Positions 10,224 to 19,460 of a DNA stretch of 64,000 nt are shown here, in pieces. The notes under the pieces were generated by a model. The model did no database searches. It worked only from the letters and a program-made list of their open reading frames with translations, and was not told the DNA's origin. The translations under genes were made by a program, and so were the position numbers. The DNA is from an uncultured Planctomycetia bacterium (lineage in GTDB: Bacteria; Omnitrophota; Gorgyraeia; Duberdicusellales; 4484-171): the NCBI GenBank assembly GCA_964489445.1, contig CAZAYU010000002.1:355900-419899 (forward strand). Reading direction: 5' to 3'. Position 1 is the stretch's first letter, and every line of letters begins with the position of its first letter.

Positions 10224-11137
10224 TTGTGCAGAATAGTGAGAGATACTTATCGATCAGAGTAGATCTATGTACAATGTCGGATTTTTCAGACGGGCTTTCT
10301 AATATACTGGACATATTGGCGGATTTTGGTATTAAAGCGACTTTTTTTACTGCCATGGGCCCAGATAACCTGGGACAGGTTGGGATAACGAGATTGTTTA
10401 GTAAAAAGTTTATTAAGCAGGTGTATTGTTTGAATCCAATTAAGACCTATGGTTTTGCCAACCTTATGAATGGTTTAATAAAAAAAGGCCCTATTCTAAG
10501 TATCACTTATAGAAATAGACTGGAGAGGATATTGGCAGAGGGGCATGAAATAGGAATCCATGGTTATAACCATGTAAAGTGGTCCAATTATTGCATGAGG
10601 ATGGGGCAGCTTGAAATAAGGGAGGAGATTAACAAAGCGGTCACTATATTTAGGCAGATATTTAGAACTTATCCTTCAGGCTTTGCTGCTCCTTCGTGGG
10701 GATGTAACTTTAATACTTTACGGGTTGAAGACGAATTCAGTTTTTTATATGCCAGTGATACTAGAGGAAGATGCCCATTCTTTCCTAGGATAAATGGTCA
10801 GGTTTTTAAGACACTTCAAATTCCAATTACACTACCCACTTTTTTTGAATTGCTATCAGAAAGACAAGGCGATAAGGATTCAGTGGTTAAAAAGTTAATA
10901 CTTAAAATAATGAATGAAAAATTCAATGCTCTTATTGTTCATCCGTGCCAAGAAGGCAGGGCGAATAAGGAACTTTTCATTAGCTTATTAAATACCCTCA
11001 AGAAAGAGAAAAATACGTATATTACGTATAGCCACTTAGCCAGAATGGTATTAAAGAACAAATCAGAAATTCCTGTATGCGAAGTATGTCCTGCGCAAGT
11101 CTTTGGAGCATTCAGAGAGGTAGGCAGTCAGCTATGA
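10208..11137 (+). CDS. ArnD-like polysaccharide-deacetylase-fold deformylase/deacetylase (4-deoxy-4-formamido-sugar-phosphoundecaprenol deformylase family)
   Basis: Blocks match my recollection of E. coli ArnD. 'IRVDLCT...IKATFFTAMGPDNLGQ' corresponds to 'LRIDVDT...IQASIFFSVGPDNMGR'. 'HEIGIHGYNHVKW' corresponds to 'HEVGLHAWDHHAW'. 'YASDTRGRCPFFP...LQIPITLPTF' corresponds to 'YNSDCRGAMPFRP...AQIPVTLPTW'. The track start at 10208 is TTG. A GTG at 10226 directly after the upstream stop is an alternative start. Confidence 0.75.
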   Translation: MDKGVIVQNSERYLSIRVDLCTMSDFSDGLSNILDILADFGIKATFFTAMGPDNLGQVGITRLFSKKFIKQVYCLNPIKTYGFANLMNGLIKKGPILSITYRNRLERILAEGHEIGIHGYNHVKWSNYCMRMGQLEIREEINKAVTIFRQIFRTYPSGFAAPSWGCNFNTLRVEDEFSFLYASDTRGRCPFFPRINGQVFKTLQIPITLPTFFELLSERQGDKDSVVKKLILKIMNEKFNALIVHPCQEGRANKELFISLLNTLKKEKNTYITYSHLARMVLKNKSEIPVCEVCPAQVFGAFREVGSQL

Positions 11138-11142
11138 AAAAT

Positions 11143-11180
11143 AGATGAATGCTTTGCTTAGCAGTTATATTTTTTATGTA
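11143..11180 (+). terminator. Possible weak rho-independent terminator after the ArnD-like gene
   Basis: A short stem 'gctttgc...agcag' followed by the T-run 'ttatattttttatg'. The stem is imperfect. Confidence 0.25.
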
Positions 11181-11470
11181 TCTGTTTATAAATATTTTGG
11201 TTTTGCATAAGGATGATATTTATCAATTTTTATGATAGCCTTAAATTTGTTGGGGTAGGATAGGAGATGATAAATGATGCATTGGAGTGTAGAGTAGCCA
11301 GTCTTGCTTAAATAGCACTAGAGCATCTTTAGGCTTAATGCGTAGGATGCATTTTTACATTATTTTATGCCGATATATGTTACAATTAATAAAAACGAGG
11401 AGAGGTATACATAACTGAAGTAAATATTAAATAGGTTTTTTAATGTTAGGCTGCCCCGGGGAAACTAAAA

Positions 11471-13075
11471 ATGGAAAATATGTCAAAATTCTTGAATATC
11501 CAATTTATAAATAAGATTAATAAAAGCAATAAAAAGGATTCTTGTAATTGGATTTGGAATTTTAAAGAAAGATGGTACTTAGCTGTGCTATCTGTAGTCT
11601 GGATTTATTCAACATTTTTACATTTTATTTGGCTTAAACTCAATGATGTTCCGCCCTGGGGGGATGCTATTGGTCGGATTCTAAGGAGCATGGATTTATT
11701 TCAAATATGGGAGAAGTCTGGTTTAATCGATTTTATCAAAAGCTTATTTATGTTTAGCTGGGATTATCCGTATCCGCCAATTGTTGAATTTGGGTATCTT
11801 TTTTATTATAAGTTGGCTGGAATAGCTTCAGAAATGGAGCTATTGATGAATTCTCTATATCTAGGGATTGGTATGGCGGGTATTTATGGGATAGGTAAAC
11901 TTTTTTTTAATAAAAATACCGGAATACTTGCTGCTTTGATGTTTAGCTCGTTTCCTGGAATTTTGTTTTATAGTAAAACAGGTTTTAGAGAATTTCAGAT
12001 GGCTTGTTTTCTGGCCTTAACCTTATTGTTTTTGTTTAAGACGGAATGCCTTAGAAATCGAAAATTTTCAATTTTATTTGCTATTTCTTTTGCGTTAACA
12101 ATGTTGATTAAATTAGAAAGCTTAATATTTTTGATATTTCCATTAATTATTGAAGGGGTTAACAGCGTTTTTATAAAAAAAATATTTAAAAGTCGATATT
12201 CGATTGTTAACCTATTGCTAATTCTAATTATTTTTTCTTTTATTTTTTTCCCATGGCATGTTAAGAACTCATTTATTTATTTACAATATTTATTTTCTCT
12301 GCATTTTAATTTATTAGGTAAGTTTTACTGTGTTTTGTTTATTAGTTTATGCGCTTATAGTGTTATTCAATGCTTGAAACGAAAAAGAGAAATAGACGCG
12401 AGGAATGTTGTATGGTTTTTTCTAAATTTTTTATGCCCATTTTTAATTTTTTCTTTTTTATATCCTAAAAATGAGAGCCACATACTTTCATTGCTTGTAT
12501 TTGTTAGTCTTATTATAGCTGGAGGGTGTAATGCTGTAAGGGGCAAGCTTGCAAAATATACTCTTGTTTTGGGAGTAGTTCTTTATTCGTTGCTTTTACC
12601 TTTTGGTTTTTTAGAGGATGTTTCTAGACAAAAAATTGGAAGTTTTGGTAAACAAATATTAAAATTCGTAAATGATGATTACTGTAATGCAAATGTAAAT
12701 TCTTATATTAGTAAAGATATTTTACCTTGTGTTTTTGTAATAATGAATCAAAGTCCGCTTGGGTATTTTCAGATGGAATATTATAAGAAAAAAATGAAGT
12801 TACCTCTTAAACTTATTTTTATCTTACCTGACTGTAAACGCGCTGAAGGATTGTTTTTACAGAATAAAGTTGATTATTTAATTGTAGAGATTCCTCAACT
12901 GACTCACCCAAAAGAAACATTTGAGTTTATTTATAGTGATGGTGATAAATTTAATGAAAACTATTGTTTAATACGTGCGTTTGATTTACCGAACCAGCTT
13001 GAACCAGAAAATAATTTAAAAGTACTAATTTATAAACGGTTAACTAAAAATGTTAAGGTATTAGGTAATGGCTGA
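11471..13075 (+). CDS. GT-C fold membrane glycosyltransferase (ArnT/PMT_2-like), paralog 2
   Basis: 'YPPIVEFGYLFYYKLAGIASEMELLMNSLYLGIGMAGIYGIGKLFFNKNTGILAALMFSSFPG' is near-collinear with the paralog-1 block. A 333-bp AT-rich gap precedes it. Confidence 0.7.
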   Translation: MENMSKFLNIQFINKINKSNKKDSCNWIWNFKERWYLAVLSVVWIYSTFLHFIWLKLNDVPPWGDAIGRILRSMDLFQIWEKSGLIDFIKSLFMFSWDYPYPPIVEFGYLFYYKLAGIASEMELLMNSLYLGIGMAGIYGIGKLFFNKNTGILAALMFSSFPGILFYSKTGFREFQMACFLALTLLFLFKTECLRNRKFSILFAISFALTMLIKLESLIFLIFPLIIEGVNSVFIKKIFKSRYSIVNLLLILIIFSFIFFPWHVKNSFIYLQYLFSLHFNLLGKFYCVLFISLCAYSVIQCLKRKREIDARNVVWFFLNFLCPFLIFSFLYPKNESHILSLLVFVSLIIAGGCNAVRGKLAKYTLVLGVVLYSLLLPFGFLEDVSRQKIGSFGKQILKFVNDDYCNANVNSYISKDILPCVFVIMNQSPLGYFQMEYYKKKMKLPLKLIFILPDCKRAEGLFLQNKVDYLIVEIPQLTHPKETFEFIYSDGDKFNENYCLIRAFDLPNQLEPENNLKVLIYKRLTKNVKVLGNG

Positions 13076-14585
13076 CATAATACTGGTATTTCCAAGAACA
13101 GGATACGGCGACTTTTTTATAAAAGATCCTCCCCTCAGTCTTTTGTATGCCTCTAGTAAGGCTATCAGAGATGGTTTTTCAGTAGAAATTGTGGATCAGA
13201 GGGATTGTTATGAAAACTGGAAAGAAATACTACAGAATAAACTTAAAACAAGACCTTTGATTGTTGGCATATCTGTAATGACGGGTCGCCCCATACATTA
13301 TGCTATAGAGATTTCTAACTTTGTTAGAAAAGTAGCTCCTAAAACTGCCATTGTTTGGGGTGGCCATCACCCAACTATATTGCCAGAGGTCACTTTAGAC
13401 AATCCATTTGTTGATTTTTTAGTGCGAGGCGCAGGCTCTATACCTTTAGCAGCATTGGCAGAGGTTCTTAGATCAGGTAGCAGAAGATATGGGGATATTC
13501 CCGGTTTAAGTTATAAAAGAAATGGTAATTTGATACATGATAAGGACATTATTTCTTGCGAAGAAATATCCTTTGAGGATATCCCGTATCACTTGGTAAA
13601 TATGACTACTTATAATCGGCTGGGTAATAAAAATATCTTCGTTCTTATAACCTCATTGGGCTGCCCGCATGACTGTAGTTTTTGTTATGCTCCGGTCATT
13701 TATCATAATCGATGCTGGATTGCTTATCCCCCTGAAAAGGTTATCGCGCATATGCAGATGGCTATTGATAGATTTGGGACCAAATCCATGTCTATTATTG
13801 ATGACGATTTTTTTGTTGATATAAATCGTGCAAGAAATATTTTTAAATTAATCCAAGAGAAAAAATGGAATGTTACATTTCAGTTTAGAGGAGTGAGAGT
13901 TGATGAAATAGACAGGATGTCCGATGGGATGCTCTCTTTGATGGAAGAAATAGGTGTAAGGCATATAATGATAGGAGCCGAGTCTGGCTCAGATCATACT
14001 CTTCGTCTGATGAATAAGGGAATTACAGTTGAACAGATTATCAGAGTTAATAGGAAGCTTAAAAAACATCATAGAATAACACCTATGTATAATCTGCTGA
14101 CTGGTGTTCCAAATGAAACTTTAAGTGATATGAAGAAAACCGTTGATCTAATGCAACAATTAGTCATGGAGAATAAGCATTGCGAGATATCTATGTTGGA
14201 GCATTTTATGCCTTTGCCTGGAACAAGGCTGTTTTCTGTCGCAAAAGAAAAAGGTTTTAAGGAGCCAGAGACACTGGAGTTATGGGGTAAGTTTGAGAGT
14301 GAAACTAGGGCCGATTATTGTCCGTGGATAAATTGTAAACAACTTCGCTTTATAAGAATCATGCAAGTTGCCTCGTTGTTTATTGATGACAAAATTGCTT
14401 GTGAAATTAAATCAAAAAGATTTATTTTTAAAATAATAATTGGCATGGCTTTTTTCTACAAATTTATTGCCAGGTTAAGAGTAAAGTATCATATTACGGT
14501 TTTACCTGTAGAATATTATCTGTTGAAAAGGTGTAATATAATCCTAGAGAGAATGTTTAGTCGGCCTTTTCGTTTATTAGAATGA
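13068..14585 (+). CDS. Cobalamin-binding (class B) radical SAM enzyme, paralog 2
   Basis: 'SLGCPHDCSFCYA' (CX3CX2C) follows an N-terminal B12-binding-like domain. It overlaps the upstream gene by 8 nt. Confidence 0.85.
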   Translation: MADIILVFPRTGYGDFFIKDPPLSLLYASSKAIRDGFSVEIVDQRDCYENWKEILQNKLKTRPLIVGISVMTGRPIHYAIEISNFVRKVAPKTAIVWGGHHPTILPEVTLDNPFVDFLVRGAGSIPLAALAEVLRSGSRRYGDIPGLSYKRNGNLIHDKDIISCEEISFEDIPYHLVNMTTYNRLGNKNIFVLITSLGCPHDCSFCYAPVIYHNRCWIAYPPEKVIAHMQMAIDRFGTKSMSIIDDDFFVDINRARNIFKLIQEKKWNVTFQFRGVRVDEIDRMSDGMLSLMEEIGVRHIMIGAESGSDHTLRLMNKGITVEQIIRVNRKLKKHHRITPMYNLLTGVPNETLSDMKKTVDLMQQLVMENKHCEISMLEHFMPLPGTRLFSVAKEKGFKEPETLELWGKFESETRADYCPWINCKQLRFIRIMQVASLFIDDKIACEIKSKRFIFKIIIGMAFFYKFIARLRVKYHITVLPVEYYLLKRCNIILERMFSRPFRLLE

Positions 14586-14769
14586 AGGATGTAAAGAAGT
14601 TATATTTTAATCTTGCTCATCTCGATTTTTTAGAATCTAAGATCTTGTTGAATATCACCACGTAAGTGATAGGTTGTCTGATGGTTGTTCACCAACGAAT
14701 TTTAACAAGGTTCTGGCAATGAGAATTAAAGAGAAGATTGATGAGTTAAGGGTAGAAATACCAATACGC

Positions 14770-14791
14770 TATAATAGTTGTCTCGAGACAA
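14770..14791 (+). promoter_or_regulatory. Candidate -10 box (tataat) followed by a perfect 14-bp palindrome, possibly an operator
   Basis: 'tataat' lies at 14770-14775. 'ttgtctcgagacaa' lies at 14778-14791 and is its own reverse complement. The gene at 14810 starts 19 bp later. Confidence 0.35.
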
Positions 14792-14809
14792 GGAATTGGT
14801 TTAAAAAAT

Positions 14810-15838
14810 ATGGTTAATATCGGAATAATCGGAGTAGGATATTGGGGCATCAACCTGGTGAGGAATTTTTATCAATGTAAAGGGGTTAGAGTCCATTCCG
14901 TGTGCGATAGCGATTTAAAAAGAAAAGATTATATATGTAAGACTTATGGGAGAGATATTGGATTTACTGTAAATTATGAAGATTTGTTAAAGAATGATGA
15001 TATTGATGCGATAGTTATAGCTACTCCTGCGATTACACATTATAAGATTGCCAAAGATAGCCTTTTGTCTGATAAGCATGTATTTGTTGAGAAGCCTTTA
15101 GCGATGAATATCTTAGAGTCTAAAGAGCTGATTGATGTTTCAGAGGAAAGAAAAACTGTGCTTATGGTGGGGCATACATTTTTATATAACGCAGCAGTTA
15201 AGAAACTTAAGGAATATGTGAATGGGAACGAATTTGGCCAGATATACTATATTTATTCTCAGAGATTAAATTTTGGAATAGTGCGTCAAGATATTAATGC
15301 TATGTGGAACTTTGCTCCTCACGATATATCTATAGTCCTATATTTGATGGGCATGGATCCAATAAGAGTTAGTGCAAGGGGGTTATCGTATTTGCAAAAA
15401 GATATCCAAGATGTGGTTTTTTTAAATCTCGATTTTTCCAACAAAGTGAGTGCTTATATACATGTCAGTTGGCTAGATTATAATAAGGTCAGAAAGATGA
15501 CGATTGTGGGTAACAAAAAGATGGCTGTTTATGATGATGCAGATCCTGTTGCAAAAATAAAAATTTATAATCAAGGAAATCTAAGAAATGATGGTTCAAT
15601 ATCATTTGATAAATCTAAAGATTTGGGGGGGTCTCAGCCTGCTCGAAGGCTCAGTGATTTATTCATACCTGAAATTGAATATGCGGAACCTTTAAAGGTA
15701 GAATGTTCTCATTTTATCGAATCTATAACGAAGACAAGAAAGCCTCTTTCAGATGGCTTGAATGGACTTCAAGTAGTGAGAGTATTGGCTGCAGCGCAGA
15801 GATCTTTAGCTAATGGGGGAATAGCCGTTGATTTATAA
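14810..15838 (+). CDS. Gfo/Idh/MocA-family NAD-dependent oxidoreductase (UDP-sugar 3-dehydrogenase, WbpB/GnnA-like)
   Basis: N-terminal Rossmann 'IGIIGVGYWGINLVRNF'. Family-typical 'FVEKPLA' and 'GHTFLYN' blocks. Confidence 0.8.
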   Translation: MVNIGIIGVGYWGINLVRNFYQCKGVRVHSVCDSDLKRKDYICKTYGRDIGFTVNYEDLLKNDDIDAIVIATPAITHYKIAKDSLLSDKHVFVEKPLAMNILESKELIDVSEERKTVLMVGHTFLYNAAVKKLKEYVNGNEFGQIYYIYSQRLNFGIVRQDINAMWNFAPHDISIVLYLMGMDPIRVSARGLSYLQKDIQDVVFLNLDFSNKVSAYIHVSWLDYNKVRKMTIVGNKKMAVYDDADPVAKIKIYNQGNLRNDGSISFDKSKDLGGSQPARRLSDLFIPEIEYAEPLKVECSHFIESITKTRKPLSDGLNGLQVVRVLAAAQRSLANGGIAVDL

Positions 15839-15861
15839 AAAATTTTTAAGGGAGATCCAAC

Positions 15862-16464
15862 ATGAATGATAATAAGAATAAAAAAAGAAGCTATTTTGTT
15901 CATAAAAGTTCTTACATTGATGATAATGTAAGAATCGGAAATGGTACCAAGATTTGGCATTTTTGTCATATTCGTGAAGATTCAAGTGTAGGCAAAAACT
16001 GTATTATTGGCCAAAATGTAATGATAGATTCTAATGTGGAAGTTGGAGATGGGTGCAAGCTACAAAATAATGTTTCTATATATAAAGGGGTCATATTAGA
16101 AGAGAATGTTTTTTGTGGGCCGTCTTGCGTGTTTACTAATGTGTATACCCCTCGAGCATTTATTGAAAGAAAGAGTGAATTTTTACCTACCTTAGTTAAA
16201 ACCGGAGCCAGTATTGGAGCGAATGCTACTATTGTCTGCGGAATTAATATTGGCAGGTATGCCTTTATAGGCGCTGGTGCGGTAGTAAAAAGAGATATCC
16301 CTGATTATGGATTAGTTGTAGGGGTTCCTGCGAAGCAGATAGGTTGGGCATGCAAGTGTGGTGTTACTCTTTGCTTTCAAAGAGGTGAAACTAGATGTGG
16401 CTATTGCGGGAGTGAGTATAGATTGGTGAATAGAAGCTTTGAAATTGTAAGAGAGGCGGTGTAA
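15862..16464 (+). CDS. Hexapeptide-repeat (left-handed beta-helix) N-acetyltransferase, WbpD/PglD-like, with a C-terminal four-Cys tail
   Basis: Repeated [LIV]G-x4 hexapeptide turns ('IGNGTKIWHFCHI', 'VGKNCIIGQNVMIDSNVEVGDGCKLQNNV'). The tail 'CKCGVTLCFQRGETRCGYCGSEY' is CxC...CxxC. Confidence 0.75.
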   Translation: MNDNKNKKRSYFVHKSSYIDDNVRIGNGTKIWHFCHIREDSSVGKNCIIGQNVMIDSNVEVGDGCKLQNNVSIYKGVILEENVFCGPSCVFTNVYTPRAFIERKSEFLPTLVKTGASIGANATIVCGINIGRYAFIGAGAVVKRDIPDYGLVVGVPAKQIGWACKCGVTLCFQRGETRCGYCGSEYRLVNRSFEIVREAV

Positions 16465-17606
16465 TGCAAATTTTAATGTTGGATTTAAAAAGGCAGTATG
16501 AATATATGAGAAGAGATATAAATCCAGTCATCAGAAAATGCCTAAAACGCCAACAATGGATACTTGGCCCTGAGGTGAAGAAGTTTGAGGAAAAAATAAG
16601 CGAATATCTTGGAGTAAAGCATTGTCTGGGGGTTTCTTCTGGCACAGACGCCCTTGTTCTTTGTCTAAGAGCATTGGCAATAAAACTGAAAGGTCGGGAG
16701 TATTTTGACAGAGATGACAGAATTATAACTACACCATTTACATTTATAGCTACAGGAGATGCTATTTTACGTGCAGGTGCAACGCCTGTCTTTGTTGATA
16801 TTGATCCAGTAACTTACAATATTAACGTAAATAAAGTGAAAGATTATTTAATTTCGGCTTCGAATGTGGTAGGAATTGTTCCTGTTCACTTTTATGGTCA
16901 AGCTTGCGATATGGATGATATACTACGAATAGCTAAAGAATGCAAGTTGTTCGTAGTGGAAGATGTAGCCCAAGCCTTTGGAGGCAAGTGGAAGGAGAGA
17001 AAATTAGGTTCTATGGGAGATATTAATGCATTTAGTTTCTTTCCTAGCAAAAATCTTGGTGGGTTTGGCGATGGAGGAATGGTAGCCACAAACAATAATG
17101 AGATGGTCCAAATAACAGAGTTGCTAAGAAGACACGGGGGAAAGGATGGACGTAATGCTGAATATATTGGTTACAATGCAAGGCTTGATGCCTTGCAGGC
17201 AGGGGTACTTCTTGCCAAGATGAAATATATAGAGGAATTTAATGATAAAAAAAGAAAGAATGCAGAAATTTACAACGAAGGGTTGAAAGCGATAAAAGGT
17301 ATCATGTTGCCGGCATCTTTGCGGGAGGCACATCATGTTTATCATCAGTATACTATTAGGGTTCTAAATGGCAGAAGAGATGAGCTCCAAAGGTATCTTA
17401 ACGCAAATGGCATAGGCACAAGGGTCTATTATCCTACGCCGTTGCATAAAATGGAAGTTTTTCAAGGTAAGTGTGAAACATTAGAAAGCCTCAAGGAAGC
17501 AGAGAAAGCATCAAGAGAAGTTTTAAGCTTGCCAATAGACCCTTTGTTAACCCAGAAAGAATTAAAGAAAGTAATTAAGTACATAGCAATTAAACTGAAA
17601 ATTTAA
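16464..17606 (+). CDS. DegT/DnrJ/EryC1/StrS-family PLP-dependent sugar aminotransferase (WbpE/ArnB/GnnB-like)
   Basis: 'DINAFSFFPSKNLGGFGDGGMVATNN' block; the PLP-binding Lys lies in 'FFPSKNL'. 380 aa. Start overlaps the previous stop (TAATG). Confidence 0.85.
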   Translation: MQILMLDLKRQYEYMRRDINPVIRKCLKRQQWILGPEVKKFEEKISEYLGVKHCLGVSSGTDALVLCLRALAIKLKGREYFDRDDRIITTPFTFIATGDAILRAGATPVFVDIDPVTYNINVNKVKDYLISASNVVGIVPVHFYGQACDMDDILRIAKECKLFVVEDVAQAFGGKWKERKLGSMGDINAFSFFPSKNLGGFGDGGMVATNNNEMVQITELLRRHGGKDGRNAEYIGYNARLDALQAGVLLAKMKYIEEFNDKKRKNAEIYNEGLKAIKGIMLPASLREAHHVYHQYTIRVLNGRRDELQRYLNANGIGTRVYYPTPLHKMEVFQGKCETLESLKEAEKASREVLSLPIDPLLTQKELKKVIKYIAIKLKI

Positions 17607-17778
17607 TAGTCTTAAAAAACATGCCATCCCTTTAACTGTAACCAAAAAAGCAAAAAATGTTGAAAGAAATTGACGCATTTGATAAGGAGATCAGCACTTT
17701 AATGCTATATTATTTTTTTTGTTAAAAGGGGCAGCGTATCGAAAGCTAGGTTTTCAATATTCATTAATCATTCGCTAA

Positions 17779-17973
17779 AGAAGGAAGTTTAAAGTAACGA
17801 CAAATTCAAAACATAGTTATCCTGTATGGCCCGATATTTTAAACTGGCGCTTTATTGCAAACGAACCTAATGTTATATGGGAATCAGATATAACATATAT
17901 CTGGACTCGCGAAGGCTGGTTGTATTTAGCGGTAACACTTGACCTGCATTCTCGCGGTATCAATACACTATGA
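17779..17973 (+). mobile_element. Degraded IS3-family transposase (OrfB, integrase-core) fragment
   Basis: Translation 'NSKHSYPVWPDILNWRFIANEPNVIWESDITYIWTREGWLYLAVTLDLHSRGINTL*' matches the IS3 OrfB block '...P..VW.SDITYI....GW.YLA.V.D..SR.IVGW'. It is bounded by stops. No full transposase or inverted repeats were recognised. Confidence 0.6.
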
Positions 17974-18271
17974 GGGATTTATAGTGTCGGATCAATATGC
18001 AATTGCTCGGATTGATGAATGGCCTTACTACGGTTTCTTTTATCCTGATAATGTATATGGGGTGCAATTTCATCCGGAGCCAAGTAATGGTGCAGGAAAA
18101 TTTTTAGTTAAATTACAAAGATTCTTATTTGATCATAATGTTTATCAGGAGTTTTCAGCAAAAACACTTTCTAAACATGGAAGGCGATATTTAATAATTT
18201 TATTAACAAATGCCAATAGTTACAGTATAATATTGCTTTATTTACTAAACTTATCTGTTGTTTATAATTGA
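17939..18271 (+). pseudogene. Gene fragment carrying a class-I glutamine amidotransferase signature (GVQFHPE), likely a pseudogene remnant
   Basis: 'YGVQFHPEPSNGAGKFL' resembles the conserved GATase1 C-terminal block. There is no N-terminal catalytic Cys region. It begins inside the transposase remnant and has no RBS. Confidence 0.35.
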
Positions 18272-19323
18272 TGTTATTTATTAGAGTCATTAAATATTCA
18301 TTTAAGATAGTCTTATCTTTATTGTTACTAATTATTTTGTTAGAATTAGGTTCAAGATTTATTGTTCTAATTACTTTAAATAATTTTTTCAATAAATATT
18401 TGCCGGATAGCTACGAGAGTATAGCTGTCCAAGCTCAGAATGATACATATAGCTTTCTTAAGTCTTCAACGTTGCCAGATTCTCAGTGTTATTATATATG
18501 GAAAAATGGATTTTTCAGGGGGCCAACAGGTCAGTTTGATATTTATGGTAAGGAAAGCGATGAAATCAGAGTAATGTGTGTAGGTGATTCTACCACTTTT
18601 GGAGTATGTGTAGATTATTATTGGTCTTACCCTACAATATTAGAGAGGCTGTTAAAAGCAAAATATCCAGAATCAAATATAGGGGTACTAAATACTGGTA
18701 TTCCTGGGGCTTCATCGAAACAAATAAAAAGAGTTTTTCAGAAATATCTAGTAAAGTATAAGCCAGATATTGTTGTTTGGCGTACAGGAGTAAGATTAAC
18801 CGATCATTATGATTTACCTCAGAGCTTAGAAAATCCTATTAACAATTTATTGTGGAATATACTATCCAAGTCTACTTTATTTAGGTTGATTTGTTTATTT
18901 GTTGACAGGGTGATTCCGGATAAGCCTCCGGTAGATCATACATTGTATTCTTATCTAATAGAAAGAAATACGACATTGGAGCCTTGTGGTAATTTTGATT
19001 CAAATTTCGCCATAGTAAATGATATTGCGCGAAGCAATGGAACTAAATATGTTTTAGCTGTTGATTATTTGAGGCGGGATTTAGATGGTTCTCAGAATAT
19101 TACAAGCGACTTTGATGATTACCCAGATAAAGATGTGCCTCCGGTAGTAAATACTTATGAAACTTTTAAAGAAATATTAATGGACGTAGATATCAATGAT
19201 GTATTCGTTGACGAATGTCATCTTACAAGGTTAGGCACAAGCGTTATTGCTAATGCAGTGGCTGAACATATAACTACTAATGGTTGGATTGATAGTTTTA
19301 CAAATAAGCATCCAGACGGGTAA
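18268..19323 (+). CDS. SGNH/GDSL-family hydrolase or acyl-esterase with an N-terminal TM anchor
   Basis: Block I 'IRVMCVGDSTTFG' (GDS nucleophile). C-terminal block V 'DECHLTRLG'. It is paralogous to the ORF at 54641. Confidence 0.7.
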   Translation: MMLFIRVIKYSFKIVLSLLLLIILLELGSRFIVLITLNNFFNKYLPDSYESIAVQAQNDTYSFLKSSTLPDSQCYYIWKNGFFRGPTGQFDIYGKESDEIRVMCVGDSTTFGVCVDYYWSYPTILERLLKAKYPESNIGVLNTGIPGASSKQIKRVFQKYLVKYKPDIVVWRTGVRLTDHYDLPQSLENPINNLLWNILSKSTLFRLICLFVDRVIPDKPPVDHTLYSYLIERNTTLEPCGNFDSNFAIVNDIARSNGTKYVLAVDYLRRDLDGSQNITSDFDDYPDKDVPPVVNTYETFKEILMDVDINDVFVDECHLTRLGTSVIANAVAEHITTNGWIDSFTNKHPDG

Positions 19324-19338
19324 GATGTCGTCTGATGC
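19308..19338 (+). terminator. Imperfect inverted repeat (hairpin) overlapping the stop codon of the SGNH gene
   Basis: 'gcatccagacg' then loop 'ggtaagatgt' then 'cgtctgatgc', followed by an AT-rich tract. A possible terminator. Confidence 0.3.
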
Positions 19339-19460
19339 ATTTCATTCTAAAATTATTTATATAATAAAACATGGTTAGAGAAAATGCATTATTTCCAAAA
19401 AAAGTTTCTTAATAAAGGGAAAATAGAAAAAGTTTATATTATTCTGTTATCAGATTCGCC

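Noticed and set aside
11138-11470. The 333-bp intergenic region with a CCCCGGGG palindrome (about 11451-11458) as a specific regulatory element.
   Set aside because: The palindrome is short (8 bp). No clear -35/-10 pair or conserved riboswitch-like structure could be identified by eye. The region is plausibly just the promoter or leader for the GT-C paralog 2 operon, but nothing specific is supportable.
17939-18271. Treating 17939-18271 as an intact gene.
   Set aside because: It starts inside the IS3 fragment and lacks an RBS. It contains only an isolated GATase C-terminal signature with no catalytic Cys region. It is reported as a pseudogene fragment instead.
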